Origin: Geosiphon pyriformis uo1
Lineage: Eukaryota; Fungi; Glomeromycota
Reading direction: 5' to 3'
Assembly: GCA_016748015.1 (NCBI GenBank)
Contig: JAAOMT010000664.1
Span: 70,715 to 134,714 of the forward strand
Length of the DNA: 64,000 nucleotides
Each line of letters starts with the position of its first letter. Position 1 is the stretch's first letter. The notes beneath the pieces are model-generated. The model was not told the origin of the DNA and did no database searches. It worked only from the letters and a program-made list of their open reading frames with translations. This document shows, in pieces, positions 1 to 12,249 of this stretch. The position numbers and the translations under genes are program-made.

Positions 1-310
1 CTAATTCTTGGTAGTGTTTGTGAAATTGTTCAGGGTCCAGGAGATTTATGATAGGTTCTGCATCCCAGTCAAGCTCTAAAAGTTCTGGGGGGTTGTCTTT
101 GATCGTTTTTATCTCTTCTGGCGTCACTCCTTCGATTTTTGCAAATGCTATTCGCCAAATTTCATTGTTATCATGTGAACAACTGTTCAGTTATTGTACA
201 GCTCTTCTCCAGGCTGCTTCTATTGAAGTTTCTTTCCTTACCCAGTCACTTATTAGAATCGTGTATTGACACAACATGTCACACATTCCTCCCCATCCTG
301 GGATGTTGTT

Positions 311-3300
311 CTACATCTCTTCATCTAGCAGAGTCTTCCCACAAGTGAGACAAGGTTGGTTATTCCATTTTTCTTGTCTCTTTGGTTGTCCGAAGTGTTT
401 GAGTAAGCATAGACGGCAGTAGAATTTTATTGTAGTGTGGTATTCTTCATCGTCACCACAGCATGTGCTTATTGACGACAATTTCTTGCCACAATCAATG
501 CATATAAGCTTAGATCGACAATAGATAGATTGTTGTGAAATAATGTAGGTATTATTATAAGCAGTGATGGTTTGGGTGGTCTTTTCTTCTTTCTTTTTTC
601 CTTTATTTTCTTTGTCTTCTTCCCATTTCCAGCTTGAAGTCGGTTTACTCTCATCATTGTCGGTCCATGTCAAGTCATTGGTCTCCCAGGTAAGTTCTTC
701 TTTTTGTTTCCCTTTTTCCTTGTTGTTGTTGTCCCAGGAGAGTATTGGCAGCAATTTGTTGTGCTTTTCGTCAGTCCATGACACTTGGTAGGCTTCTCAG
801 GTAGGCTTCGGTTTCTTCTCGTCGAAGTCGATTAGTGGTGCCATGGTGCTGGTAGCCTTGAAGTGGCCACATGTTGCTGGTACTTGTGTGTGTTTTCCCT
901 TTTGGCTGAGTATTAACTCTTGGGTCATCCAATCGAGCATGGCGTTGGTTTTGGACAGCCAGTCATTACCAACTAGGGCCTGGTATTGAGTGATATCTAT
1001 TACTAAGACTTTGATAAGTACTATGATGCTATTAATTTCTATAGAGAAATCATCTATCTCACCAATAGGTGTTTTGGTGGTGCTGTTACGGGATGGTTTT
1101 CTTGTTATATTTAATTGCTGATATCCCGCTTTAATTGCAATCAGTCTTTCGTGAGTTCCTCAATTCTATTTGTGTGATAATGTCACTGTTACACTGAAGG
1201 CTTTCTTTTTACTGTTGCGATGTAAGTTATTCTTTAATTCTTGATTGTTGTGTGTGTTTATGTACTCCTTCTCAGAGACTGAACTGAAATCTACCCACTG
1301 TCTGGGGTCTTCTCTGAGGCTATCCTTGCAATTGCCTGATGTGTTTCTCTAATCTAGAAACACAGAATGTTAATGGTTTTTAGTGCTTTTCTAATTCTCA
1401 CAATAAAGCTTTTATCAATTAGTAACAACGTGAATAATCTTGATCAAGGATTATTCTTCCAAGGGATTCAGTTGATGAATGATAGTTTCATTCAATAAAT
1501 AATACAAGTAAGTTTCTTAATACTTTGGGTTGTGATAGTTCAGTTTTAAATATTCTTTTTCATTTCTTTTTGATTTTAAAGGTTTCTTGGAATATTTAAT
1601 TTGAAAGTATGATTTAAAGTGGAGTTTGTTGGATAAAATTGGATCTATTGCTTGATAAGTTATGATTTTTATTACTTGATTGATTCTTTCCCAATATTAA
1701 AACTACTGTATATATACATGTTTGTAGTTCTACGAGAAAATACTTTCTTTTTGATATTTCAACCTGGTGCTTGCTGCTATCACCAGTTGGTATTGGCTGC
1801 TATTGTGAACTGGTGCTTGCCACTATCGCGAGATGGTGTTTGCTACTATGTTAATCATTACCTTTCTAAGATTATTACTGTGCTATATTATGATTGAATA
1901 GTTTGTATTATTTTTATGATTTTTTTTTCTAAATTCTTAAACTGTAACAGTGCCATCAGCAGTGATAATTCTAGTGCTGGCAGCTCAATTAACTCGGTGA
2001 CCTAATTGATCCATGAGCTGTCTTGTGATTATGCTACCAGCTGATCCACTATCTAGAATGAGTTTGATGGGATAACTATCAACTCTGGCATCCGTATACA
2101 TTGCTGTTATGGGTTTCTCTTTGAGGGCAGCTCTACTGAACAATGGTATTGGTGTGTTTTCTTCGAGTTTGAAAAGAAAGATGGCTGCTAGGGATTTGTT
2201 GCTAGAGATGGTTGCTGATGGAATTGTGTTGGTAGGTATGTGCTGATTAGATTTGGTGTTGTTGGATGTGGCGTCTTCTGGGATAACCAGAAGACTTAAA
2301 TAATGTTGGGAATTTGGGTTTTGGATGCAACTGGTATCCAAATGCCGGGTGTGTGATCTTGATGGTGGGTTTAGCAAACTGGGGATCAGTTGGTAAACAA
2401 CCATCGCCGATCTCCAGTTTTGAGTGACTCTGGATTGAGGGTTACCTGATGTCATTTAAGCTGGGTTTTGGGTTGGTGTTTGAATTGGTTGGGGTTGATA
2501 GATGATTTGTGGCTGCGGTTGATATATTACTTGTGGCTGTGGCTGATGAATCGGAGATTGATATATTGGCAGTTGATAGATTGGTTGCTGTGTCATGGGC
2601 AGATAATTATTTTGATATTGGTCTTGACTCTGATTTGGATAATGATTTGGAGTTTGGAACCGGCAATCGGGGTTTCGATATTGATTTCCTGATCATTGGT
2701 TATTTAGACGCTGGCGACAGTCAATTTGGATATGTCCTTGTTTATCACAATAATGGCAGATATGCGTTTCCAGTTGCCACTGTTGATTGGTTGATAAAGA
2801 TGGACATAGTTGATTTTGGCCACAATTAGAATTTCCTTGATTATTGTGTCATTGTGGAGGCTGATAAATGATGTGATTGTCAGCTAAGTATCTTTTCAAC
2901 TTCTTATTAATTGATTTACTGAACTTCTCCAATTTGGAATCCAATTCAGATGATCTGTTCATTACTAGATTAATGGCTTGGATGTGATTAGCCTCTGACT
3001 CGGTAGATTCAAAATCTTTGGCACGTGTAACTGCGTCTTGAAGGGTACCTGGATGCAATGGATGTACATGTTGCAAGATGCTGCTGCACAGGCCATGGAT
3101 AAACTGATTGAGTATCTGTGGTGCTGTGAAATAGTTGGTGTCAATTGCTTGAATTTGGCATAGGTTTTGATGGAAGCGCCCCAGGTAAGTAGTGATGGCT
3201 TTAGTTTCTCCTTGTTTTATGGTGGTGAATGCATTAACTAGGTGATTGATGCTGTTATTGTTGCTGAAGTATTGTAGAAATTCCGCTTTGAAGGCATTGA

Positions 3301-4480
3301 AATTTTGTGGTTTATTAATCAAGCTCTGATACCATGAATTGGCAGTATCCTTGAGAAAGTAGGGAATAGCTTGTATTGCTTGGGCGTCATTCCATCCATT
3401 GGCTGTGATGGCCTTTTCTACATCATTCAGCCATATTTGAGTGTCATCCTCTTCGCCCGTAAAGTTGTCAAGTTTTGTGATTGGTGTGTAGGCTATTGGA
3501 TCTAAGTTAGGTGGTTGTGGTGGCTGTTGAAGCAGTTGTTGTTGTCCTGGCTGTTGGGGTGGTAGCTGAAGTAGCTGCTGTATGGGTTCGGCTATGGGAT
3601 TAATCGGTGGTTAATTGATGATGATTACCGGACGTAAGTTTTGCTGATTAATTAATTCAGGTTTTTGATTTCTTTGATTTGGCGGCATTCGAATATTCGG
3701 AGTTTTGATTTCCGGATTTTCTAACTGTTGCTAAGTTTGAAGGTTCGGGGTTTCAACTTCCAAGTTTTCAGTGATTGGGTGCTGGTAAGTGAATTCTTGA
3801 TTCTTTGATTTTTCTTCCTCTTTTTCTGATTCCACTGCTTCCCACAAATCAGAGATTCTGAAATCTGGTGGAGGCGGTGGTGATCAAAGTCCTGATGGGG
3901 TTGATAATCGCGAATTAAATCCCTCAAAGTATTTGCCATATGGTCCTAACAATTCTGTTTTCCTTTGTCTACTTTAGAATGGGAATCGTCCAAATGCTGA
4001 TGTTGTAGTTGATGGGAACACATCTGTTGATGATATGTTGATGGCACTTTTAGGTGTATAGTGGTAGGATGGGTTGCTTAGGGATTCAACTCTGGTTTTC
4101 TTTCAAGCAGGTGGCTGTATTTTTCTGGGTGTTACTGCTGGTGTTTGTAATTTTTCCTTGTCTTTACTAGTGTATGTAATTAGATATCTTTGTTGAGTGT
4201 GGTGTTCAATTTCTTTGTTGATCTCAGTGATGATGGATGCAAAATTATAATTTGTTGGTAGGTTGGTGTTTTGAATTAATTCCTTATAGAAAGTTTTTTT
4301 TGCTGATTTAGTATTCACTGGTGTTCCTAATAAAGAGGAAATCTTTTCATTGACATAGAAATTGAAAGCTAATTTGGCGGATATATGATTGTGGTTTAAT
4401 CCCAAGTATTGACAATAGTGTTGAAATAAGGATTTTGCGAATCCTAAATGGTTTGCTCCTATAATTTCTGATTCTGCCAC
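311..4480 (-). pseudogene. gag: degenerate gag-protease-Cys-rich polyprotein of element X (many stops, interrupted by the solo LTR)
   Basis: ORF fragments 4103-4480, 2849-3322, 1985-2455 and 311-784 are collinear with the same domains in elements B and D. Confidence 0.85.
1084..1949 (-). mobile_element. solo LTR (866 bp) inserted into the protease of element X
   Basis: TGTTAC...GTAACA termini; 4-bp TSD GTGC at 1080-1083 and 1950-1953; removing it restores ITADGTTKTPIGEID; the TATA-like ctgtatatatacat (~1706-1719) and TGATCAA hairpin are oriented as in the minus-strand LTRs. Confidence 0.93.
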
Positions 4481-4523
4481 TTTTGGTTTGGTGTTGTCGG
4501 TGCTGGTTCTTTGTAGAATTATA

Positions 4524-4540
4524 CCTCACAGGGAGCACCA
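4524..4540 (-). promoter_or_regulatory. primer-binding site of element X, tRNA-Ile(UAU)-like
   Basis: TGGTGCTCCCTGTGAGG 2 nt after the LTR's terminal CA; resembles the complement of the eukaryotic tRNA-Ile(UAU) 3' end (...CCUCAC..GGAGCACCA), recalled from memory. Confidence 0.75.
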
Positions 4541-4542
4541 AA

Positions 4543-5429
4543 TGTTACAGGTGATTATTTTTGTTGTTGAATTGAATAACAACCCGTAACTTGGTGCTCA
4601 AAAGCTACTTTTGTGGATGATGTGCAGAAGGTAAGGTATCTGAAGATTTTGGTTGATCTGAAGGTTTTGTTGTGGAGTTCTTTGTATAATAGACAGAGAT
4701 TCAATAAGGTTGATAGTGGTTGTATCCTCAAGTGGTTTTCCCAATTTCTTTCTCAGCATGGTGGCCAGATTTAGTCTGGCAGTCGTGCCCTTCTGGTAAG
4801 CTATCCAATAATATATATAAAATCCTACTCTTATTTCTGGGTCTTTTACCAGGTTATCCTTGACATCAATAACTCAGTGCTTAATCTTTTAATCAATTAG
4901 TATACAACAACAAAATCAAAATAAAATAAAAAAAAGAATTAAAAGAAAATAAAAAAAGCAAAGAAATAAGCCAAGGCGATTTGCAGATTAGTATCCCATC
5001 AATAGCCATGATCAAGAGCTATTGTTCCAGCATGGTTAAGTATTAATTACTATCAACATGAAGGGTTAATAGTGGGGAGTGGATTGAGATATGAAATAAT
5101 TATTTATTTGATGATTGTGTTTCTAGGCTAAGGATTTTTGTGGTATTGATTCTGTCTTTTCTGCTTCTAACACTACTGCTATATATACATAATTGAGATT
5201 CTTCAATTCCTCGATTCTTCACGATAGGAATTCTGGAATTCCTGGAATTCTACAATTCCTTTGAGAGGAATCCTGGAATTTTGAAATCCTGCAATTCCTC
5301 ATTGGAAATCCTGAAATTCCTGGAATCCTGCAATTCCTGAGAGGAATCCTGGAATTTCACATTTACTATACTTGCTTCTGATTGGCTAATAATTATGCTA
5401 ATATATTTCCTATATTTCTATGAATAACA
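4543..5429 (-). repeat. 5' LTR of element X (GGAATTCC-type U3)
   Basis: TGTTAC...ATAACA termini; homologous to LTRs at 47168-48019 and 59368-60182; TATA-like box ~5179-5190. Confidence 0.92.
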
Positions 5430-8400
5430 ATGGTGAATTGGTGTTGGAGCCAGATGAAGTTAGACTTAGTGTGAATAAGATTATGGAGGGTTGGACCCAA
5501 AAATGAGCAGTGTCTTTGGCTATATCTAATTTTTGGGCTTGCCAATATGCACTATTGGATTACATAGATAATGATGCTTTTTCAAATGTGATGAATTCTA
5601 TCAGTATAAACAAATTGGCTTTAGTTGTTAAAGATCTACCTGATGGCAAATCTGCTGGATTGTTTGGTATTCTCAATGAATTATGGAAGCACTGTAGAGA
5701 TAATATATTGGACTGTCTTTTGGGCTTGCTTAATGTATGTTTAGAGGAGAGTGTAGTTTCTGCTTTGTAGAAAAGGGCCTGGGTTTTGATAATTCCTAAA
5801 CCATATGATTGAGATGGAGTTCTCATGAATACTTGCTCTATTGCCTTGATTAAGATGGCCAAGAAGATTCTTTCCAAGATCTTTTCAGATAGAATTTTTT
5901 TTGCTTGCAGCAAGTTTGGTGTCCTTTGTGGTAACAATTTCTCGGTGTTAAAAGATACTTCTATTCAGTCTCCTGTGTTCACTGTCAGATCAGTAGTTGA
6001 AGATGCTCTCAAGAAAAACAAAGAACTCTGGTTGGTTTTACAGGATATATATAAAGCCTATAACTCAGTTGGATGGCACTACTTAAGAGTGAGCTTGTAT
6101 TATATTAAAATGTGTGACAGATTTATTGAATTTTTTGGTGATATTCATAAAGACAAAATTAATAGGGTGATGACTGATTTTGGTCTTTTAGATGGCTACA
6201 GGATGCATGATAGTCTTAATCAGGGTAAGATCTTTTTACTCCTTCTTTAAAGAATCTTTTATAATTTGCTCTTGTGTGAAATTAAGTGGCATAAACATTT
6301 GTGTAGATACCAGATCAATACTAAATTTGTGGCAAAAACTGGTAGAATCAAGAATAGTAGTGGGATGATCTTCTTTTTTGTGGCTGGTGCTTTTGTAGAT
6401 AATATGATTTGGGTTGGAGATTGCCAAACCTCTATGCAATATGCTTTGAATATTGCTAGTAAGTTTTTTTTGATTAACAACATTTTCATCAATAATAAAA
6501 AAACAGTGGCCATTCCAATCAATCAGGGTGTTAGAGTTGTTTCTTTGAGTATAAGTAGTCAGCCAATTTCTATAGCCAAGAAGGAAAAGGCATACAGATA
6601 TCTGGGAATTTTTTTGTCAACTAATGAGTTGTCCAAACCAAGTTTGGCCAAGGCTCATTTAGATATTCGGTTTTTTGTCAATGTGGTATTCAGGAAGACC
6701 ATTACTGATAAGCAGTTCTTCTATTTAGTCTCAGCAGTCTTGCAACCTATTATGAGTTATAGAACACAGTTTAATTTTGTTTTATCTGAGGTGTGTTACA
6801 AGTGGAATGTTATGGTTAAGAAAGGCCTCAAGTCTAAGGCATGCTTGTCATGTGACTTCTCTAGTGAGGCTTTGTATTATTTCTCTCTGTATAGTTTAAA
6901 GTCTTTTAAGCAAGTGCAATCTGAAAGTAAAGTAGCTGCTGTTGTTTCCTTTTTAAATGCTCCTGGAATTCTTGGGTGTCTGTTTTTCCATTGTTTCTTG
7001 GATTTACAGGTTCTTGGGTGGGCTCTTTTAAATTTTTTGCAGTTTTCTGTTAAGTTGCTTGTTAGTCCAATAAATAATTTTTTAGTTGGTGTGGTCAAAA
7101 TTTTCATGAGTTGTGAATTGTCTTTGGTAAACAATTTGCCTAGTGCTTTTTGAAGTCTTGGTGATTTTTTTATGTCAATAATTCTGGAGAATGCTTTATT
7201 CCTTGGTTGTGTTCATTCTTTAAAGTGATTTGGAATTGCCTTTGGTAATAGACTTGTTGACAAAAAGAGTGGTATAATAAAGTGAAGAACATTCTATCAT
7301 TGAAAGAGACTCAGTTCTAGAGATTCTATTCCATGGTAGTTTGATGTTACATCAAAGTTTTTACATGATAAGAGCTCATTGTTATTTAATGCCATGGGTC
7401 TTGAGCAATCTTCTAACTGTAGCATTTTGGCTTTTGAGCAGTTTGCTAAGATGCACAGTAGTTTGTTTGAGATTTGGTCTGGCTCATTTGGTGTTTACAC
7501 AAATGGTTTGTTAAAACTTACTGGCTCTACTAATATTGTTAGTAATGCAGCTACATATTTTTCTGCTTTGGATATGAGAATCAGTGTTGGTGTTTGTGGT
7601 CTTCTTTCTTCTACTATGGCTAAATTGCAGACTGTTGCCCTTTTTTTAAAATGCGTTCCTTCTTCCAGTTCAGTAGTTTTGCATCTAGACAGCCAAGCTG
7701 TTATTGATGCATGTGTATCTGAGGTCTCTTTTGATGTTCTAGATTTTTGTAATCAGTGCTGGATTGAGAAGATGCATATTTTCAATCTAATTCAAGATAA
7801 GGATCTTTTTGTGTATTGGGTCAAGATTAAAGATCATTCTGAAATTTCTGGCAATACAAGAGCTGACATCTTGGCCAGTGAAGTTGCTGGCTCTTCTTTT
7901 GTGTTACCAACAAGGATGTGTGAACACTTTTTGATGGCTGAGAACTTTGTTGTATCTGGCAATGCCTATTACTTTGTTAGAGATATTTTTCATTCTATTT
8001 GTCATGCTTAATAGAAGGCTGGTTCTGGCCATGATGTGGTTCTAAGTTATATGTTAAAAAATTTTGATTGATATGTCACTGCTAAGGTTTGGCATCTTGA
8101 CTCACACATGCTGGCTGGGTTTACTAATTGGAAGTCTTTGGGACTTTGCATGTATATGATGAAAGCTGTGCATAGAAAACTTCCAGTAACTGTAAGGAAA
8201 AAATTATATGATAAAGATTACTCTGGTGTTTTGTGTTTACTTTGTGGTAAGATTGAATTGCTGGATCATGTTTTTATTTGTGCTTGTAATGTGTTTGTTC
8301 ATGATGGAATCTTGACAGAGACTACTACTTGCTGGACTTCTTTGGTGAGTAATTGTAACTTGGCTTCCTCTGCTGTCTTGAGAGTTCTTGTCTATTGTTC

Positions 8401-8918
8401 ATCAGATGTTGGTCTGTACTCTGCTGTGTGTAAGAGATTTGTTCTAAAGGAATAGTACATAGAGGCTATTAGGATTTTTGATGACAGAAAGAAGGCTTCC
8501 TGTGTGGTTATTGATTTTGTGAGGCATTTGGTTAAATTACACTAGTCTAAAGTGTGGTTGGTTAGGTCTAAATATAGAGCAGATATGAAAAGGGCTAGTT
8601 TGGTTAAAAATGGTGGTTTGATATTGGGCTTGTCACATGGTGTGTCTTTTTTGCTGTCAGATAGTATGGTTAAGTTGTTTGGCATTATTGAGTCTTTTGT
8701 TGTCAGTTTTGGTCATCGTAAATCATGTCTTTTTTTTTCTGGGCTTGATTGTAATATGCAAGTTATGTTAGATATATAGTATTGTCTTGTCAGATCTGAG
8801 TGGCTAGCCATATATAGTAAGTGCATAAGTTGTGTTTAGTGTGAACCACTTAGTTTGGTTCTATATACTAAATAGTGGTTGGGCTTCACTCATTAAATGC
8901 ATTAATATAAAAAAAAAA
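5430..8918 (+). mobile_element. non-LTR retrotransposon (LINE), 3' portion: degenerate ORF2 (RT, RNase H, C-terminal Cys/His finger), 3' UTR and poly(A)
   Basis: RT motifs (LPDGKSAG..GI.NE, DIYKAYNSV, NQG..F.LLL, AFVDNMIW, YRYLGIFLS); RNase H (VYTNG, LDSQA, WVKIKDHSEISGNTRAD); CLLC...DHVFIC; ORF ends ATATAG at 8779; A-tail 8909-8918. Confidence 0.92.
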
Positions 8919-9576
8919 CAATAATTAAGTTATTTTAATAAGCAATTATATTTAATTTAATTTTAATTAAGTCTTATTTAATTACAAATTTATTATGTAA
9001 AACATTATTATATAATCTTAAAATTTTATTGTTAAACAAATATAAACTTTAAATTAAAAAATAATTAAATCAAATCATAAAGATAAACATATTTGATAAA
9101 TTTAATAATATTGTGACTTTAAATCAAAAAGCCATAACTACATCTATATATATACAGTATATATATATATATGAAAATTACTAACATAAAAATCAAAATA
9201 TTAAACTCCAGCCAAATTATTTTACAGATAATAATGACGATGATTTAGAGTTTAATGATGCTAGGCTTAAATCAGAACAATTAGTAAGAATTTTTGAATT
9301 AAATTTTCTAGATTTGGTAATGAATCTTTCCCTTATTTACAAAGGATGCGTCAATTGATGAGATTTATTCTTAAAATCTGAAAACTCTGAATTGACCACT
9401 AACCACGGACTTCAATCTGCTTTTTGAGTAACTTTATTTATTAATCAGATAGATTGTCAAAATACAAAATATAATTTAAAATCTTCGCAGCGAAAGCAGT
9501 ATTTTTAAACTTAAGTTTTCCGCAATTCTGATTTCTTTACTTATAACCCTTTTTAATGGTAATATAAAATCATAGT

Positions 9577-10508
9577 ATGCCCGTACATTCAAAACCTGTT
9601 CCTATTGTACAGCAGCCTCGAAATTTTCCAGAAGCTCTGTTAGCTTGGTATCTTCTGCAAATAGCTTCAAATCCTTTACGAACCAAAGCGATCACAGCTG
9701 GGGTTTTCTCAGGCTTGCAAGAATTTCTTGCCCAAAAATTGAGTGGCTCGAGAAACAAAGGGAAAGCTGCAGAAAAAAAAACTTTATTTGGCAACCCGAA
9801 CAATGATAAAATTTTCAAAATGACTTTATATGGTATGTTTAACAGGGCTAACGCCCTTTAAAAACAAAACTGGACAGAAGAGTTTCTTTCCATGTCTAAT
9901 TCCTTATTTCTAATAAATCATTGCCTTATACTTAGGTCTCTTGGTTAGCGGTCCTCTTAGCCACATTCTGTTTGAAGCTATAAACAAGATTTTCAAAGAT
10001 CGTGCCGGCACTAAAGCTAAAATACTGCATTTTCTGACATCGGCTTTGATTGTTTTGCCAATTCAGAATGCAGGTGAATCTTGACTTTCTAAAATTCTCA
10101 ATTAAAATAATCACCTTCATGTTAAATTTTTTCTCAAATATTACGTCTACCTTCAGTGTATTTGGCGGCAATGGCCAGCATAGAAGGAGAAAATACACTT
10201 TCAGGCGTACTTTCTGTCGTCTCAAAGTCATTTTGGCCCCTTATGAAAGTTTCATGGGTTGGTTTTCCACTAACATTAACATTCTCCAAGAGGTTTGTTA
10301 GGCCTGATCTTTGGGTACCTTTCTTCAATCTTGTTGGGTAAGTTTCTCAGCACATCTTTATTAATTTTTGAAGTCAGTTAAATCGTTAAAAATTAGCTAA
10401 TTATTGTTTCTTTGTTTCATATATAGATTCGTTTTGGGCTTGATTGGAAATACCAATACAAAATTGATTCAGCAGAAAAAAACCAAGGAACAAGAAAGAG
10501 AAGATTAA
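9577..10508 (+). CDS. Mpv17/PMP22 (PXMP2-like) peroxisomal/mitochondrial membrane protein; exons 9577-9832, 9936-10073, 10157-10337, 10427-10508
   Basis: N-terminal WYL..IASNPLRTKAITAG...LAQ, YG.LVSGPLSH, W..MK.SW..FP and P.LWVPFFNLVGF motifs; three GT-AG introns with matching phases join the exons into one open frame ending TAA at 10506-10508. Confidence 0.9.
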
Positions 10509-11699
10509 GAAAATCAGCAACTTTTCGAATTGGAATGTGGATCATCATCAAAGTTATTACTTTAGGAAATTGGAAATAATTAAGAAAATTGTTGGAATTT
10601 TGGAAATTGTATTTTTTTGTAAGAAATTATTTTTAGTAACCTTGATTTTGACAAAAACGTTAATTAAATAATAAAAAATATTTTTAATATGGGGCATACT
10701 GCAAGTCTGTGAACATTGTTCACGATAATTACATGATTCGCACAATGGTTTTGTTTTTCTTATGGCTTGAGTAATTTGTGGATGAGTTCACTTCACCTAT
10801 GCAGATTAAAAACAAGGGTAATGTAAGAGCAAAAGACAAAAAGTGAGCCGGGGTAAATAGAGGACTATCCATTCCACAGTTTCTCGATAAACCCTCTCCA
10901 ATCTACCATTACGACAAGGCAATAATCTTAATGCAGTTTTTCGAGAAATAGATCGATAGGCAGTTAAGAGAATAGGAATTGGTTATTTGCAATGCTGCCT
11001 TGGAAACGATATTATAAAGCTAAAGTTGACCATTTTTATAAGTGAAAAAGGGAAGAAAAGTGGAAAGAGTGGCTACCCCAGAGATTTTGTTGTAAACCTG
11101 CATTTATTTCGGCATTCAAAGCCTCTAAAGATTTACAGGTGGGATATAGAAGGACAGTTCTAACTCTGACGCCTCTTCCTTCGTTCAGACAGTTTAAACC
11201 TTGATGAGCAATTACGTTTAACACCAGATCAAATTTAACCATTCCCAACAAATTTGTGCTCTTACTCTTTTTATTCGTGCAATTACTTGGGGTGCCAAAT
11301 TCCTGCAGGCAAATACTCACTTGTACTTTTCCTGATTCAAATTGTTCTCTTTCTGCTCTTGCTTTCATTGTCTTAACCCACGAAACAGTATTATTTATAA
11401 TGTTCTGTTCAAGGAAAGAATATAAATAAATGTTATTCCAAATGAATAAACCAAAAAAATATGAAATGTATTAACTTTAATTTGCAACATTGCACGTGCA
11501 ACATCAATAAGGCCCCCAAGTTCGTCATAAGTAGTGGGTATTTTGAATTCAGCGACATGTAGAAGCCAGCACCAACATAAACAACCAGAATTATGTGAAT
11601 AAAAAAAGAAGAAACAAATCCAGGCATTATTAGCTTGGAAAATGGATTGATGCGAAAACACGAGAGGGCCATGGCGAACAAATAGTTCAACACCCAGCT

Positions 11700-11846
11700 G
11701 ACAAGTAGTCCCTATGATGTGTCACAGGAGGCCGAAGAGAAGGACAGACAAGTAGTCAATTAGCCAAGGACAAGTAGTTTCCTTGCTCAGTCCGACATCT
11801 TCGTAATGCCTCTTCAAATTTGCAGCAACCAAAAGAAACAAGTAGT
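11700..11846. repeat. four dispersed copies of ACAAGTAGT
   Basis: copies at 11701, 11748, 11770 and 11838. Confidence 0.7.
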
Positions 11847-12249
11847 ATTCTCAGGCCACATACAAATTCTATCTCAGCGTATTATAAAAATCTACTTACC
11901 TTTAGATTCCCTAACCTTCTGCATCATTTTCTCCAAATTTAATTTAGTCTTGTTAAGATTTTTGAGACTTTTCTTAATATGATTTAAAAACTTTTTTTCT
12001 GTCGCACACCAGCAACAAAAATCATTGAAGTTCCACAAAACTGATGGAGTTTGTTCTAAATAATCTTTCCCCAGTGTCCTTCACGTAATGAAATTGCATC
12101 TGTTTTGTTGTAAAGATAAGGAGCAGTGGGAAAGAGTAGAAATAGTGATTTCAGCACATGTGTAAATAATCAGAATAGAAACGCGTAATGGACAACTCAA
12201 TACAGTTATTTAAAAAATTTTTTTACGCGTTCCTTAATACAGTACATAT

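Larger units (their letters stand above)
1..5429 (-). mobile_element. Ty3/gypsy LTR retrotransposon X, 5' part (5' LTR, PBS, gag, protease, Cys-rich region); 3' part lies left of the window; inserted into a LINE
   Basis: LTR 4543-5429, PBS next to it, gag capsid ORF 2849-3322 (F..EFL.YF...NS..L..F..IKQ), retropepsin motif LILDSGSAGS in ORF 1985-2455, Cys-rich ORF 311-784 homologous to B/D/A; LINE RT sequence starts directly at 5430. Confidence 0.92.

Noticed and set aside
48-791. short plus-strand ORFs here and antisense ORFs across the LTR elements
   Set aside because: shadow frames of gag-pol with no independent motifs
9229-9283. ag|...|gtaag mini-exon upstream of the PMP22-family gene
   Set aside because: the following intron would be only about 28 nt, and the gene is complete from ATG 9577
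11036-11693. minus-strand ORFs of 110, 88 and 86 aa as a host gene
   Set aside because: no recognisable motif and no consistent exon chain could be built; left unannotated
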